Of a stretch of DNA of 64,000 bases, positions 1 through 7,792 are shown one piece after another. The notes beneath the pieces were generated by a model. The model did no database searches, was not told where the DNA came from, and saw only the letters and a program-made list of their open reading frames with translations. The position numbers were made by a program, and so were the translations under genes. Each line of letters opens with the position of its first letter. Position 1 is the stretch's first letter. This DNA comes from a virus, in IMG/VR virus record IMGVR_UViG_3300007735_000786, positions 8,752-72,751 of that record; one strand, 5' to 3'.

Positions 1-13
1 TTAAACCAAACTT

Positions 14-41
14 AGGGTCAGCATTTATGCTGGCCCTTTTT
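14..41 (+). terminator. intrinsic terminator
   Basis: AGGGTCAGCA-TTTA-TGCTGGCCCT hairpin followed by a T run. Confidence 0.7.
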
Positions 42-55
42 CACATGTATTTACA

Positions 56-436
56 ATGACCCAACAATTTTCTCAATCACAACTCAATCACATGAAAGAA
101 CTAAGGGAATCAGGTAGTAGTCAACGTGTTGTTGCATCAATGTACAATTGTCATCGAAAGACAATTTACTATTGGGAGTCACGTGCTTTTGTACTAACTA
201 ACAATTCAATAATGTTCCAGGCTCAAGGACGTTATCGTTCCAACTCAAAGTACTTTGTTAAGCAAGAGGAGCTTAACAGAATGAAAAAGTTAAGAGAGCA
301 AGGTTTGTCCCAAGAAACGGTGGCTGGTTTGCTAGGACGTTCAAGAGTTACAGTTCGTCATTGGGAACGTCGTTCATTCCTTTTGGATGATAAGCTTCCT
401 GCATCAGGTCCAGTGCATCCTTCACTAGTCCCTTGA
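56..436 (+). CDS. tandem helix-turn-helix DNA-binding protein
   Basis: Two similar units, ELRESGSSQRVVASMYNCHRKTIYYWE and KLREQGLSQETVAGLLGRSRVTVRHWE. Confidence 0.65.
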   Translation: MTQQFSQSQLNHMKELRESGSSQRVVASMYNCHRKTIYYWESRAFVLTNNSIMFQAQGRYRSNSKYFVKQEELNRMKKLREQGLSQETVAGLLGRSRVTVRHWERRSFLLDDKLPASGPVHPSLVP

Positions 437-578
437 TCACCACTTGTCTTGTTGTTGCAATCTTGGTAAGTAACACTGCCATCTCTCGTAACTCAGCGAT
501 AGATGAGCAGTCGTTAATTTGTCGAGTCATCTTCTCTTGCCAGAACATATCTTCTGGCGACAGTATGAATTGCAACAT
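348..578 (-). CDS. NblA-like phycobilisome degradation adaptor (picocyanobacterial/phage type)
   Basis: LSPEDMF..KMTRQINDCSSIAELREMAVLL..RQVVIKGLVK matches the spacing of the NblA two-helix pattern; 76 aa. Confidence 0.5.
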   Translation of the reverse strand: MLQFILSPEDMFWQEKMTRQINDCSSIAELREMAVLLTKIATTRQVVIKGLVKDALDLMQEAYHPKGMNDVPNDEL

Positions 579-622
579 TAGCCACTACTCAATTACTAAT
601 CCTCATTGTAACCTCTCGAACC

Positions 623-1603
623 ATGACTACTACAGCAACACATGATGAATTTAATTCGTCTTCTCAAGCAACACATACTGAACTTAATGCAGCACAAGCA
701 ACCATCTACACGCGCACAAATATATCGCGTGCGTTTCCAGACTTCGATGACTCTGGCGTGGTTGGTATTTATCTGCGAGGTGACTCTTGTCTTGTTGTGT
801 ATCGCGATGGTACTGAACGTTTGTATCCAAGGGAGGCAATCAAAGCAACCTTTACTTCCTATACGCACAGACTCAAGGACTTCTTCTCATACCTTGGACC
901 TAATTACAGGGGACCAAGTATCTGGCACGATAACTCTTACATCTTATTCAAAGGCTGGAACTACAGTCACACACTTGGACACTTAAATGACAATGCAAAA
1001 CTACAAGGCCAATGGGCAGATAAGTTCATTCGTCTTACTGATCCAACAAAACTTAAAGCGTTGCTTCAGTCAGAGCACACAGACCTTGGGCATCTGGTTG
1101 CACCGGACGGGTTGCGGCTTCCAGATCGGCTCCCTGATTTGGACTCTGAGTTGGAGACAGTGCAAGAAGAACGGCCCATGTTTGGCGAACCTCACTGCTC
1201 ATGTGGGTCCTTTCAACGTCAGCTCAACAACCTACCTTTGTTCCAACAAGAGATCGAAGGATTCAAACAACATTGCATCCATCTAACTTGGATTGCTAAA
1301 TACAGAAGCCTGCTATCCAAACGCACTGAGGCACGTGATGCGTGTCCTGCTGGTGTCCCACACACTTGTGTTGCTTGGTGGTACCAGCCTCCTATGGATC
1401 ACGCCAGTGATGGTCGTTTCCTTTTACTGCACACTAAGTCTGGAGTGCAAGCGCCCCTTAGCCATTGGCGTACCTACAAACCTAAGGAATCATTTACTCA
1501 GCGTCATGCTTGGGATCTATTCTTTAGTATGCTTGATGCAGGCTATGTACCATTCCCTGGTACCTCACTACCTCAACTAAGAACGGCTTTCAAACATGAC
1601 TAA
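623..1603 (+). CDS. SWIM zinc-finger protein
   Basis: CSCGSF...HCIH motif in a 326-aa ORF. Confidence 0.6.
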   Translation: MTTTATHDEFNSSSQATHTELNAAQATIYTRTNISRAFPDFDDSGVVGIYLRGDSCLVVYRDGTERLYPREAIKATFTSYTHRLKDFFSYLGPNYRGPSIWHDNSYILFKGWNYSHTLGHLNDNAKLQGQWADKFIRLTDPTKLKALLQSEHTDLGHLVAPDGLRLPDRLPDLDSELETVQEERPMFGEPHCSCGSFQRQLNNLPLFQQEIEGFKQHCIHLTWIAKYRSLLSKRTEARDACPAGVPHTCVAWWYQPPMDHASDGRFLLLHTKSGVQAPLSHWRTYKPKESFTQRHAWDLFFSMLDAGYVPFPGTSLPQLRTAFKHD

Positions 1604-1790
1604 TCCAAATGCATGGCTTACCAAACTAGCCATTAAAGTTACAGAAGATAACGATAGTCCCTGTCTAATTCAAATTGACTGGGACGAAACTGATCCAGAG
1701 CTTGACTACTGGAGTAACCTAGACCAAGAGGGTAAAGAAACCCTTATCCACAACCTCCTCAACCCTGACGGTATTCACCATGACCATTGA
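1596..1790 (+). CDS. hypothetical phage protein
   Basis: Tightly overlapping operon ORF; IDWDETDP motif. Confidence 0.55.
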   Translation: MTNPNAWLTKLAIKVTEDNDSPCLIQIDWDETDPELDYWSNLDQEGKETLIHNLLNPDGIHHDH

Positions 1791-2181
1791 TGCATACGGA
1801 CTTCCATTTGAACAGTACGAAGATTTCTTTTCAAGTAATGCAACTAATCTAGTTGAACTATATATTTCAACACATAAGTATTTTGTAGACATAGTACAAG
1901 AAGCATATGGAGAAACTGCTTCCTGTGTTCTAGTGGATTCTCCTGTTTTCTTGGAATTATTTAATGGACTTATTTATGCAACAAATGATGAGTGTCATCG
2001 TTACCAAAAGAGAAACAATCCTGAAGCTATGGAAGACGTTAGGTTAAGTGGTAATTTATTTGGTGATGATGACCTTCTTAAACAAATAAAAGAAGTTAAT
2101 AAAAAGTTAAATGATTTGCTTGCAGTTTTTATTGCAATACAAAAGGTACCTACTGGTATCACAGGAGACACAGAGGAGTAA
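1780..2181 (+). CDS. hypothetical protein
   Basis: 133-aa ORF in a coupled operon. Confidence 0.6.
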   Translation: MTIDAYGLPFEQYEDFFSSNATNLVELYISTHKYFVDIVQEAYGETASCVLVDSPVFLELFNGLIYATNDECHRYQKRNNPEAMEDVRLSGNLFGDDDLLKQIKEVNKKLNDLLAVFIAIQKVPTGITGDTEE

Positions 2182-2209
2182 GTAGACTCCTGTTGTTCGT
2201 GTGAGGAAC

Positions 2210-2237
2210 CGTCCTGGTGATGACGTAAAAAGCACCA
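2210..2237 (+). promoter_or_regulatory. candidate H-type RNA pseudoknot in a 5' leader
   Basis: CGTC(2210-13)/GACG(2222-25) and TGGTG(2215-19)/CACCA(2233-37) interlocked, 22 nt before an ATG. Confidence 0.4.
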
Positions 2238-2259
2238 CCAAACCTACCTATTCAATCTA

Positions 2260-2373
2260 ATGTTTGAAACTATTCTTGCTTACGTTCTTCCCTTTGCCAA
2301 AGATTTACTTTGGACAGCATGCGCAGCTATGCTGGCCTTAGTACTCACCAAAATCAAATCTCAATTCATCTGA
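2260..2373 (+). CDS. small hydrophobic protein (37 aa)
   Basis: MFETILAYVLPFAKDLLWTACAAMLALVLTKIKSQFI; not in the ORF track; fills the gap before 2377. Confidence 0.5.
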   Translation: MFETILAYVLPFAKDLLWTACAAMLALVLTKIKSQFI

Positions 2374-2376
2374 ACC

Positions 2377-3090
2377 ATGGCTCAAATTACTAGCACCAAA
2401 CTCAAAGAACTTTCTGTTATCAAACTCTATGAACACTATGCTGCCCTTGAGAAGTCTCTTCCTTTACTCACTCCTGAGTCCCAAGACCTGGCAAAAGCTG
2501 AACTGGAATCTTGTATTGACTTACGCTCAGAGAAAGTTGATCGTATCTATTATGCAATGGCCGCGCATGAAGATGCGTTGGAACGTATCAAGAAAGAAGG
2601 TGACTTAGTTGCAACAGCTAAGCTTCACCACACGTCACAACTTAAATCTCTTAAAGGTTTGTTAAGTTACTTACGTCGGGTCCTACCATTAGATACGAAT
2701 AAGATTACTGGTCGCAACTATCAATTCACCCTAATTAAAAAGAAGGAGCTTACTGTTGAAATCAACTCGGACCCGGAGCTTTGGGACACTGAAGAAAAGT
2801 CAACCTATTGTATGGAAGAAGAAACAACCACAACCAAAAGAGTTGTGCTACGTTCATTCTCAGGAGAAGTTCTATCCGATAGAACAGAACCTAAAACAAC
2901 CACTAAAGTCCTCCCTAATCTCGATGTCATACGCTACGCCTATCAAAACGGACAACAACTCCCGACCGGTGTCAAAGTTGTCCAAGACTATAGTGTCAGA
3001 TCCAAACGAATCTTTAATGAGCCAAAAGTGGACTTGGTTGCATCCGAGTATCCAAGAGAGCTTTTACCTGAAGATACCAGCGCCGACTGA
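2377..3090 (+). CDS. Siphovirus Gp157-like coiled-coil protein
   Basis: EKVDRIYY..EDALERIKKE..L.....LKSLKGLL pattern and C-terminal LPTGVKV typical of Gp157. Confidence 0.6.
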   Translation: MAQITSTKLKELSVIKLYEHYAALEKSLPLLTPESQDLAKAELESCIDLRSEKVDRIYYAMAAHEDALERIKKEGDLVATAKLHHTSQLKSLKGLLSYLRRVLPLDTNKITGRNYQFTLIKKKELTVEINSDPELWDTEEKSTYCMEEETTTTKRVVLRSFSGEVLSDRTEPKTTTKVLPNLDVIRYAYQNGQQLPTGVKVVQDYSVRSKRIFNEPKVDLVASEYPRELLPEDTSAD

Positions 3091-3349
3091 TGTAGATGAT
3101 GCTCGCATTAAGATGAGTTGTCATGACCATGCTCTTAAAGACTTTGATCTCCAGCTGGAGATGAATGACTTACAAACGGGTATGTTAAAAGATGGAGATG
3201 AGATTATACCGTACCATGGGGATGAGCATGATGACCTGGAAGCAAAAAGATTAAAACTTCTTTTTGGTAAACGGTTTCATCAGAATGCTAGTAATGCTTA
3301 TTGGTATTGGTTGCAAAAAGAAAAACCATGTAGTAATAAAGTAAATTGA
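3017..3349 (+). CDS. hypothetical protein
   Basis: Track ORF 2756-3349; ATG at 3017 is the likelier start. Confidence 0.55.
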   Translation: MSQKWTWLHPSIQESFYLKIPAPTDVDDARIKMSCHDHALKDFDLQLEMNDLQTGMLKDGDEIIPYHGDEHDDLEAKRLKLLFGKRFHQNASNAYWYWLQKEKPCSNKVN

Positions 3350-3378
3350 ACTACAATTAAAGAAAGATAAGGAGTCTC

Positions 3379-3642
3379 ATGGACGTAGATCCCACATTAG
3401 TTAATCTTATATCTGGGTTTACATCAGAAGGGACTCCTCTTTCTGCTACCATTGGTTCAAAGATTGAACATGCTGTCGTTATCTTAACGGCAGCAATGTT
3501 AGCTAATGAAAACTTAGCTGCTTCTATGGATGCACCTGAGATGGTAGATGCAGCAATTAACTATTACCACATCATTCAAGAACGTCTTGGTTACTACCAA
3601 CAAAATCAAAGTCAGTCATTGGAACGGCTACTAAATAACTAA
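3379..3642 (+). CDS. hypothetical protein
   Basis: AAGGAG RBS upstream; 87 aa. Confidence 0.65.
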   Translation: MDVDPTLVNLISGFTSEGTPLSATIGSKIEHAVVILTAAMLANENLAASMDAPEMVDAAINYYHIIQERLGYYQQNQSQSLERLLNN

Positions 3643-3836
3643 TGGAACTTGCAGGTAAGTATTCAGCATTGGCATCTGAAGCTTTTAATTCAGGAGCTGG
3701 TAACCCACGTAAAGGATTCATAGAAGGACAGAAGGGTCTTTCCTTGGGAAGGTATGCAGGTAACGCAGCTCTTATGGATGCACACCCACAAGTTGCTTTT
3801 GGTTCTCAAAGTTTAGGTTTTAGTCCAGCTTCTTAA
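3642..3836 (+). CDS. hypothetical protein
   Basis: TAATG coupling to the previous gene. Confidence 0.5.
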   Translation: MELAGKYSALASEAFNSGAGNPRKGFIEGQKGLSLGRYAGNAALMDAHPQVAFGSQSLGFSPAS

Positions 3837-3876
3837 ATTCAATTTTTCTGCTAACCTAGACTAACGTTTACTTCGA

Positions 3877-4071
3877 TTGATGGAACCCGATCCAAAGCTA
3901 AAGCTCACCGTGTCACTATCGGTGGATGTCGAACTCATCTATAAACCTTTTGCAGGTAAAACTCCTGACGAAGTCGTGGAGTTTTTACAAGATGAGCTTC
4001 ACACTTTACTTTTTGAAATAGATGAAGTTGTTGGTGTCTCTTCTAATTGCACATCCTTTCATGAACACTGA
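3877..4071 (+). CDS. hypothetical protein
   Basis: 64-aa ORF in operon. Confidence 0.5.
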   Translation: MMEPDPKLKLTVSLSVDVELIYKPFAGKTPDEVVEFLQDELHTLLFEIDEVVGVSSNCTSFHEH

Positions 4072-4300
4072 TTATCTTTACGCCTGGGATGTTGTAGAAC
4101 AACAGAAACGCGTGGACTTTATGGAGCGTATGTACCAGTGTTCTGGTAGAGCAGTTGCTGGACATCCCATGGAAGGACTGTATACTGGGTTATGGCAAGA
4201 CTTTTGTATCCGTGAAGCTGGCCTTGCCATGCGTGAACGGTACTTTGAAATGCTTGAAGCTATTCAACTTTACAATGACAACCTCCTCCAACCTGCCTAA
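4061..4300 (+). CDS. hypothetical cyanophage protein
   Basis: FMERMY..SGR...HPMEGLYTGLWQ; ATG at 4061. Confidence 0.55.
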   Translation: MNTDYLYAWDVVEQQKRVDFMERMYQCSGRAVAGHPMEGLYTGLWQDFCIREAGLAMRERYFEMLEAIQLYNDNLLQPA

Positions 4301-4679
4301 CACAATGTACACATCTGAAGAGTCTAAAGCTTGGTCCAACTGGTCCTCCAAAGAGTTAAAGGAACTTGTTAAGTCTTTCAAACAAAACATTGTAGCTGAA
4401 TTAGATGAGCCTTTGGTGACTAAAGACTCTAGAGAAAAACTGCATGACACTACTACGAGCACAGCACAATCTATTAAACATGCTGAATGTTTAAAAAGAA
4501 CAAAAGAATACTTTGCAGATACTATCTGTGAAGCTATTGATGAACTAACAGGAGAAGAAGTGTATCAAGCTTTTTATAAAGCGTGTAAAACATTAAGAGA
4601 TATTACTAAAAAAGAATATGATAATGCTGATGCTTTATTTAAATGTTTAGATAGTGAGCCTGATGTCACTGTATTTTAA
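4275..4679 (+). CDS. hypothetical protein
   Basis: Track ORF 4155-4679; likelier ATG at 4275 or 4305. Confidence 0.5.
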   Translation: MTTSSNLPNTMYTSEESKAWSNWSSKELKELVKSFKQNIVAELDEPLVTKDSREKLHDTTTSTAQSIKHAECLKRTKEYFADTICEAIDELTGEEVYQAFYKACKTLRDITKKEYDNADALFKCLDSEPDVTVF

Positions 4680-4918
4680 TGGGACGTACTAAAGAATTAA
4701 ATTATCCTGTGTGGATCTGCCAGAATTGTGGTGAAGCTTATGGTGACTGGTATAAGAAAGGTAACTATATTGGTCCACCTAATTTTCTTTCTACTTTTCA
4801 CAGGGGTACATGTGATATCTGTGGTACAACAGAAGCTATTGTCACTGAACCACGGGACTATGGTCACCTTAGGCCTATGTGGAAAGAAGAATATGCAAGA
4901 AGTATAGAGTCGCAGTAG
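4679..4918 (+). CDS. zinc-finger protein
   Basis: CQNC and CDIC pairs; TAATG coupling. Confidence 0.6.
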   Translation: MGRTKELNYPVWICQNCGEAYGDWYKKGNYIGPPNFLSTFHRGTCDICGTTEAIVTEPRDYGHLRPMWKEEYARSIESQ

Positions 4919-4930
4919 ATGCGATATTAC

Positions 4931-5266
4931 TTAGTTGGCGCCTACACTAAACAATACAGTAGCTGCCGTACCACCTGATTCTGATACAAAGACAGGCTGT
5001 ACGTATTTAACTGGGTGGTTAGCAACATTGTAATGTGTTGTACCATTAGCTGTAATAGTTTGGTTGCTAATTATTTTTGAGTAATTTGTGCCATCAATAG
5101 AACCTTCTAATGCAACAACAACGTTAGTGTTGATGCTTGCAACAGTAGTAAACAAGGTATAGTTCCTTGTATTAATTTCTTCTCCTAATTGAACTGTAGT
5201 TGACACACCAGAAGCAGGTGCTGTCAACGTATCATATGTAACAAAAAAAGCTTCTGAAGAATCCAT
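4931..5266 (-). CDS. beta-rich hypothetical (possibly virion) protein
   Basis: T/S/V-rich with LEGSIDG motif; own TAGAAT element upstream. Confidence 0.6.
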   Translation of the reverse strand: MDSSEAFFVTYDTLTAPASGVSTTVQLGEEINTRNYTLFTTVASINTNVVVALEGSIDGTNYSKIISNQTITANGTTHYNVANHPVKYVQPVFVSESGGTAATVLFSVGAN

Positions 5267-5356
5267 GGCTATTGTTTTTTACTATTCTAAATTATGTATC
5301 CTATTAACGCCACTTAAGACACGTCACTGATAAAATAAAAGTACTGAATAAAAACT

Positions 5357-5908
5357 ATGTATACCCCCGGTCCTCAAGCTGTACCACAGGTTCAAACCCC
5401 TCCTGTTCAAGAGGTAACGCAACCACAAGCTAAGATCAAAGCACCTAGTAAATCTAAGGGTGGGGATGTTGGTTCTTTTATTCAGCAGTTAATTTCATTA
5501 ATGGCTTATGTGCACCAGCTTCAGGTGCAAAGTCACTTGATTCATCTGAATATAGAAGGGTCAAATTTTTTTGGCGTACACAAGTTCCTGAAACATCAGT
5601 ACGAAGCACACATCGAACAGTTTGATAAACTTGGGGAATTTATTCGCAGCATGGACTATCTGCTCCCTTCCTGCCACAACGGTTTGATGGAAGCAAGCCC
5701 AGAGTTCAAGCACTGCACCAGCTATAAAGCAACTGAGATGCTAGGTGTGTACTACAAAAATCTTGAGGAGTTGGGCATGAAGACTAAAAAACTAGAGCCT
5801 ATTGCTGCCAAGGTAGGTGCCATTGATATCCAGAATTACATGGCTGAGCTGTGTGGGGAAGCGTTTAAAGCGGCATGGATGATTAAAGCTACTCTTCGAA
5901 ACTCTTAA
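5357..5908 (+). CDS. dps: Dps/ferritin-like DNA protection protein
   Basis: HLIHLNIEGSNFFGVHKFL..QYE....FDKLGEFIR ferroxidase pattern and C-terminal KAAWMIKA. Confidence 0.85.
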   Translation: MYTPGPQAVPQVQTPPVQEVTQPQAKIKAPSKSKGGDVGSFIQQLISLMAYVHQLQVQSHLIHLNIEGSNFFGVHKFLKHQYEAHIEQFDKLGEFIRSMDYLLPSCHNGLMEASPEFKHCTSYKATEMLGVYYKNLEELGMKTKKLEPIAAKVGAIDIQNYMAELCGEAFKAAWMIKATLRNS

Positions 5909-6344
5909 GATACTTAATAGCTGAGTAAAATAAACTTACATCATCATTAAGCATTCCTAAAGAAGTATTACATTTTATACACAATAACCCTCTTACTTTT
6001 CCTGTTTTGTGGCAATGATCTACGGATAAAGTTTGTTTACTTGAACATTTTTTGTTGCAGATTTTACATACTTCTTTTTGTTTTTCAAGCATTTTGTAAT
6101 ATTCTTTAGCTGATAACCCATAACGTTTTATCCATTTTTCTTGTTTTTCCTTTTGATTTAGACCATGCCAATGCTTTAAACTTGCTTTGCGATATATTTC
6201 AGGATTTTTTTTGCGATATTCATTTGTTATTTTTGTATGACAAAGCTTGCAACGTCTTGCTCGTCCATCTTTTACCCTTGATTCTTTGTAAAAATCTTCA
6301 AGTAGTTTTAGTTCATTGCAGACACCGCAAACTTTTTTTGACAT
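5889..6344 (-). CDS. recombination endonuclease VII-family homing endonuclease
   Basis: CKIC...LSVDHCHKTGKVRGLLCIKCNTSLG plus an N-terminal zinc finger. Confidence 0.85.
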   Translation of the reverse strand: MSKKVCGVCNELKLLEDFYKESRVKDGRARRCKLCHTKITNEYRKKNPEIYRKASLKHWHGLNQKEKQEKWIKRYGLSAKEYYKMLEKQKEVCKICNKKCSSKQTLSVDHCHKTGKVRGLLCIKCNTSLGMLNDDVSLFYSAIKYLKSFEE

Positions 6345-6373
6345 TACGAAAAATTTTAACTACGAATATTTTA

Positions 6374-6619
6374 TCATTGCCAGTGCTCAAGCCTATGACA
6401 GTTAGCACATAAAGGAATACATTTATCAATTTCTTTTTGGATGCGCTGCCAGGCGTATCCTCCATGTAAAAGAGCTGATACTTTGTTATCCTTTTCTTTT
6501 TCGTGATGAAAATCTAACAATCGATAATCATCTGTTCCACAGCGCCTGCAACACAACGTCTTTTTGTACTCCAGCATTTTTTCTTTATTTTTTTGAAGTG
6601 TGCTTTTGGTGGATGGCAC
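6374..6619 (-). CDS. small HNH nuclease
   Basis: CRRCG...LDFHH...KCIPLCANCHR. Confidence 0.75.
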   Translation of the reverse strand: MPSTKSTLQKNKEKMLEYKKTLCCRRCGTDDYRLLDFHHEKEKDNKVSALLHGGYAWQRIQKEIDKCIPLCANCHRLEHWQ

Positions 6620-6663
6620 AAACTTCTTAAAACAAGTACACTGAGTATAGCTACTTTATTCAC

Positions 6664-6999
6664 ATGGAATCTGAAGACACCTACTTACTATTTCTGCGTA
6701 TTGATCCAGGGGCAGATTATGGGAAGATTAAACTTGGACAATTAGAGTTAACTTGGTTTAATCCAGATGGGTGTGATGATGGATCCTTTTATTTGGGTTG
6801 GGGTAAATACTGGGAATTACGGATGGCATACTATAGATCATATGATATGTTTACTGGTAAGTTTGATAATGACTACAACTTTCCTGACTGGGAAATTATC
6901 TGTTACCAACCAGAGTTAGGTAGTTGGAAGCGTAGCGTCAATATTACAGGACGCGTAATGGATGCTATTAATTGCGTTAAGCGATTGTTTGGTAAATAA
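6664..6999 (+). CDS. hypothetical protein
   Basis: 111-aa ORF. Confidence 0.55.
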   Translation: MESEDTYLLFLRIDPGADYGKIKLGQLELTWFNPDGCDDGSFYLGWGKYWELRMAYYRSYDMFTGKFDNDYNFPDWEIICYQPELGSWKRSVNITGRVMDAINCVKRLFGK

Positions 7000-7072
7000 T
7001 CGACCGTGCATGGAATCGAACCAGCTATCCAACTCCCTTGTCGGGGTGTCCTTACCAATGGACTAACGGTCG
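7000..7072 (-). ncRNA. tRNA-like element with aberrant anticodon arm (pseudo-tRNA or t-element)
   Basis: 7-bp acceptor stem CGACCGT/ACGGTCG+A, D arm GTCC-ATTGGTAA-GGAC, T loop TTCGATT; anticodon arm is not 5+7+5. Confidence 0.7.
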
Positions 7073-7074
7073 GT

Positions 7075-7290
7075 GCGCCCCCAGGTTTGTGCATCGTTGA
7101 GAGGCATAGGGGGTCAGCGAGCAGGAGACGATCAACTCCCCTGGCCTACCAAAGTAGGACTTAGTACGCAAACCAAGTGTTAGAGGACTTGGCTGCACCC
7201 TACCGGCAGAGCAGTAGGGGTGGTAGATGGACCAGGTGTGTCGCCTTCTGAGCTATGTGCTCAACGCGCACAGTGACCTGGCCTCTATCA
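7075..7290 (-). ncRNA. array of GC-rich RNA hairpins (putative ncRNA or ncRNA cluster)
   Basis: Six consecutive stems in a non-coding GC-rich tract directly downstream of an extended -10 promoter. Confidence 0.55.
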
Positions 7291-7296
7291 ATTAAT

Positions 7297-7305
7297 AGTA
7301 TAACA
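7297..7305 (-). promoter_or_regulatory. extended -10 promoter TGnTATACT
   Basis: Minus strand TGTTATACT, 6 nt before the first stem of the hairpin array. Confidence 0.55.
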
Positions 7306-7332
7306 AAAAAATCCCGGTTGCTCAAGCCGGGA
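7305..7332 (-). terminator. intrinsic terminator
   Basis: TCCCGGCTTG-AG-CAACCGGGA hairpin followed by T7 on the minus strand. Confidence 0.7.
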
Positions 7333-7382
7333 CATCAACTTTCGGAATCCCTCCTTAGGATTTTGAGCGGGTTAAGTATACC

Positions 7383-7553
7383 TTATTTTTTCTTGGCTGC
7401 AGCTTCTTTCTTCTTGGCAATCATTTCTTTAAACTTGTCGCGTGCTTCCATTTGACCTTTAGATGCACCACCCTTACCCTTGGGTGCAGCAGCTTCTTTA
7501 CCCTTAGCAGGCATTGCTTTACCCTTAGGAGCAACAGCTTTTTTCTTTTCCAT
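7383..7553 (-). CDS. small Lys/Ala-rich basic protein (56 aa)
   Basis: MEKKKAVAPKGKAMPAKGKEAAAPKGKGG...; not in the ORF track. Confidence 0.6.
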   Translation of the reverse strand: MEKKKAVAPKGKAMPAKGKEAAAPKGKGGASKGQMEARDKFKEMIAKKKEAAAKKK

Positions 7554-7582
7554 TGGAATATTTATTCTCTTTTAATTATAGG

Positions 7583-7792
7583 TTACTTCTTCTTTGTTGG
7601 TTTAGATTGTCTTGCTTTTTTACCAGCTTCTTTGGCGGCTTTTGTGTTAGGTACAAATTGCTTGCCGGACTTACTAGCTTCTCTCTTCTTGCGATCAGTT
7701 TTTTCACGTTCTTCTTTTGATAAAGAAGCCCATGCTTTTTCTGGTAAATACCGTTTGGTATATCCAGGTTGGATAGCTTTGTCAGCAGCCAT
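7583..7792 (-). CDS. C-terminal half of a DUF5872-like protein, as a separate gene
   Basis: RYLPEKAWASLS.EE...T..KK....GKQFVPNT; TAATG-coupled to the upstream gene. Confidence 0.7.
   Translation of the reverse strand: MAADKAIQPGYTKRYLPEKAWASLSKEEREKTDRKKREASKSGKQFVPNTKAAKEAGKKARQSKPTKKK

Noticed and set aside
2756-3016. Long dual-coding overlap with the Gp157-like gene
   Set aside because: The ATG at 3017 explains the downstream gene with only a short overlap.
7000-7072. Functional tRNA-Val(GAC) or tRNA-Ser(CGA)
   Set aside because: No 5-bp stem with a 7-nt loop and U33, and the T stem is bulged.
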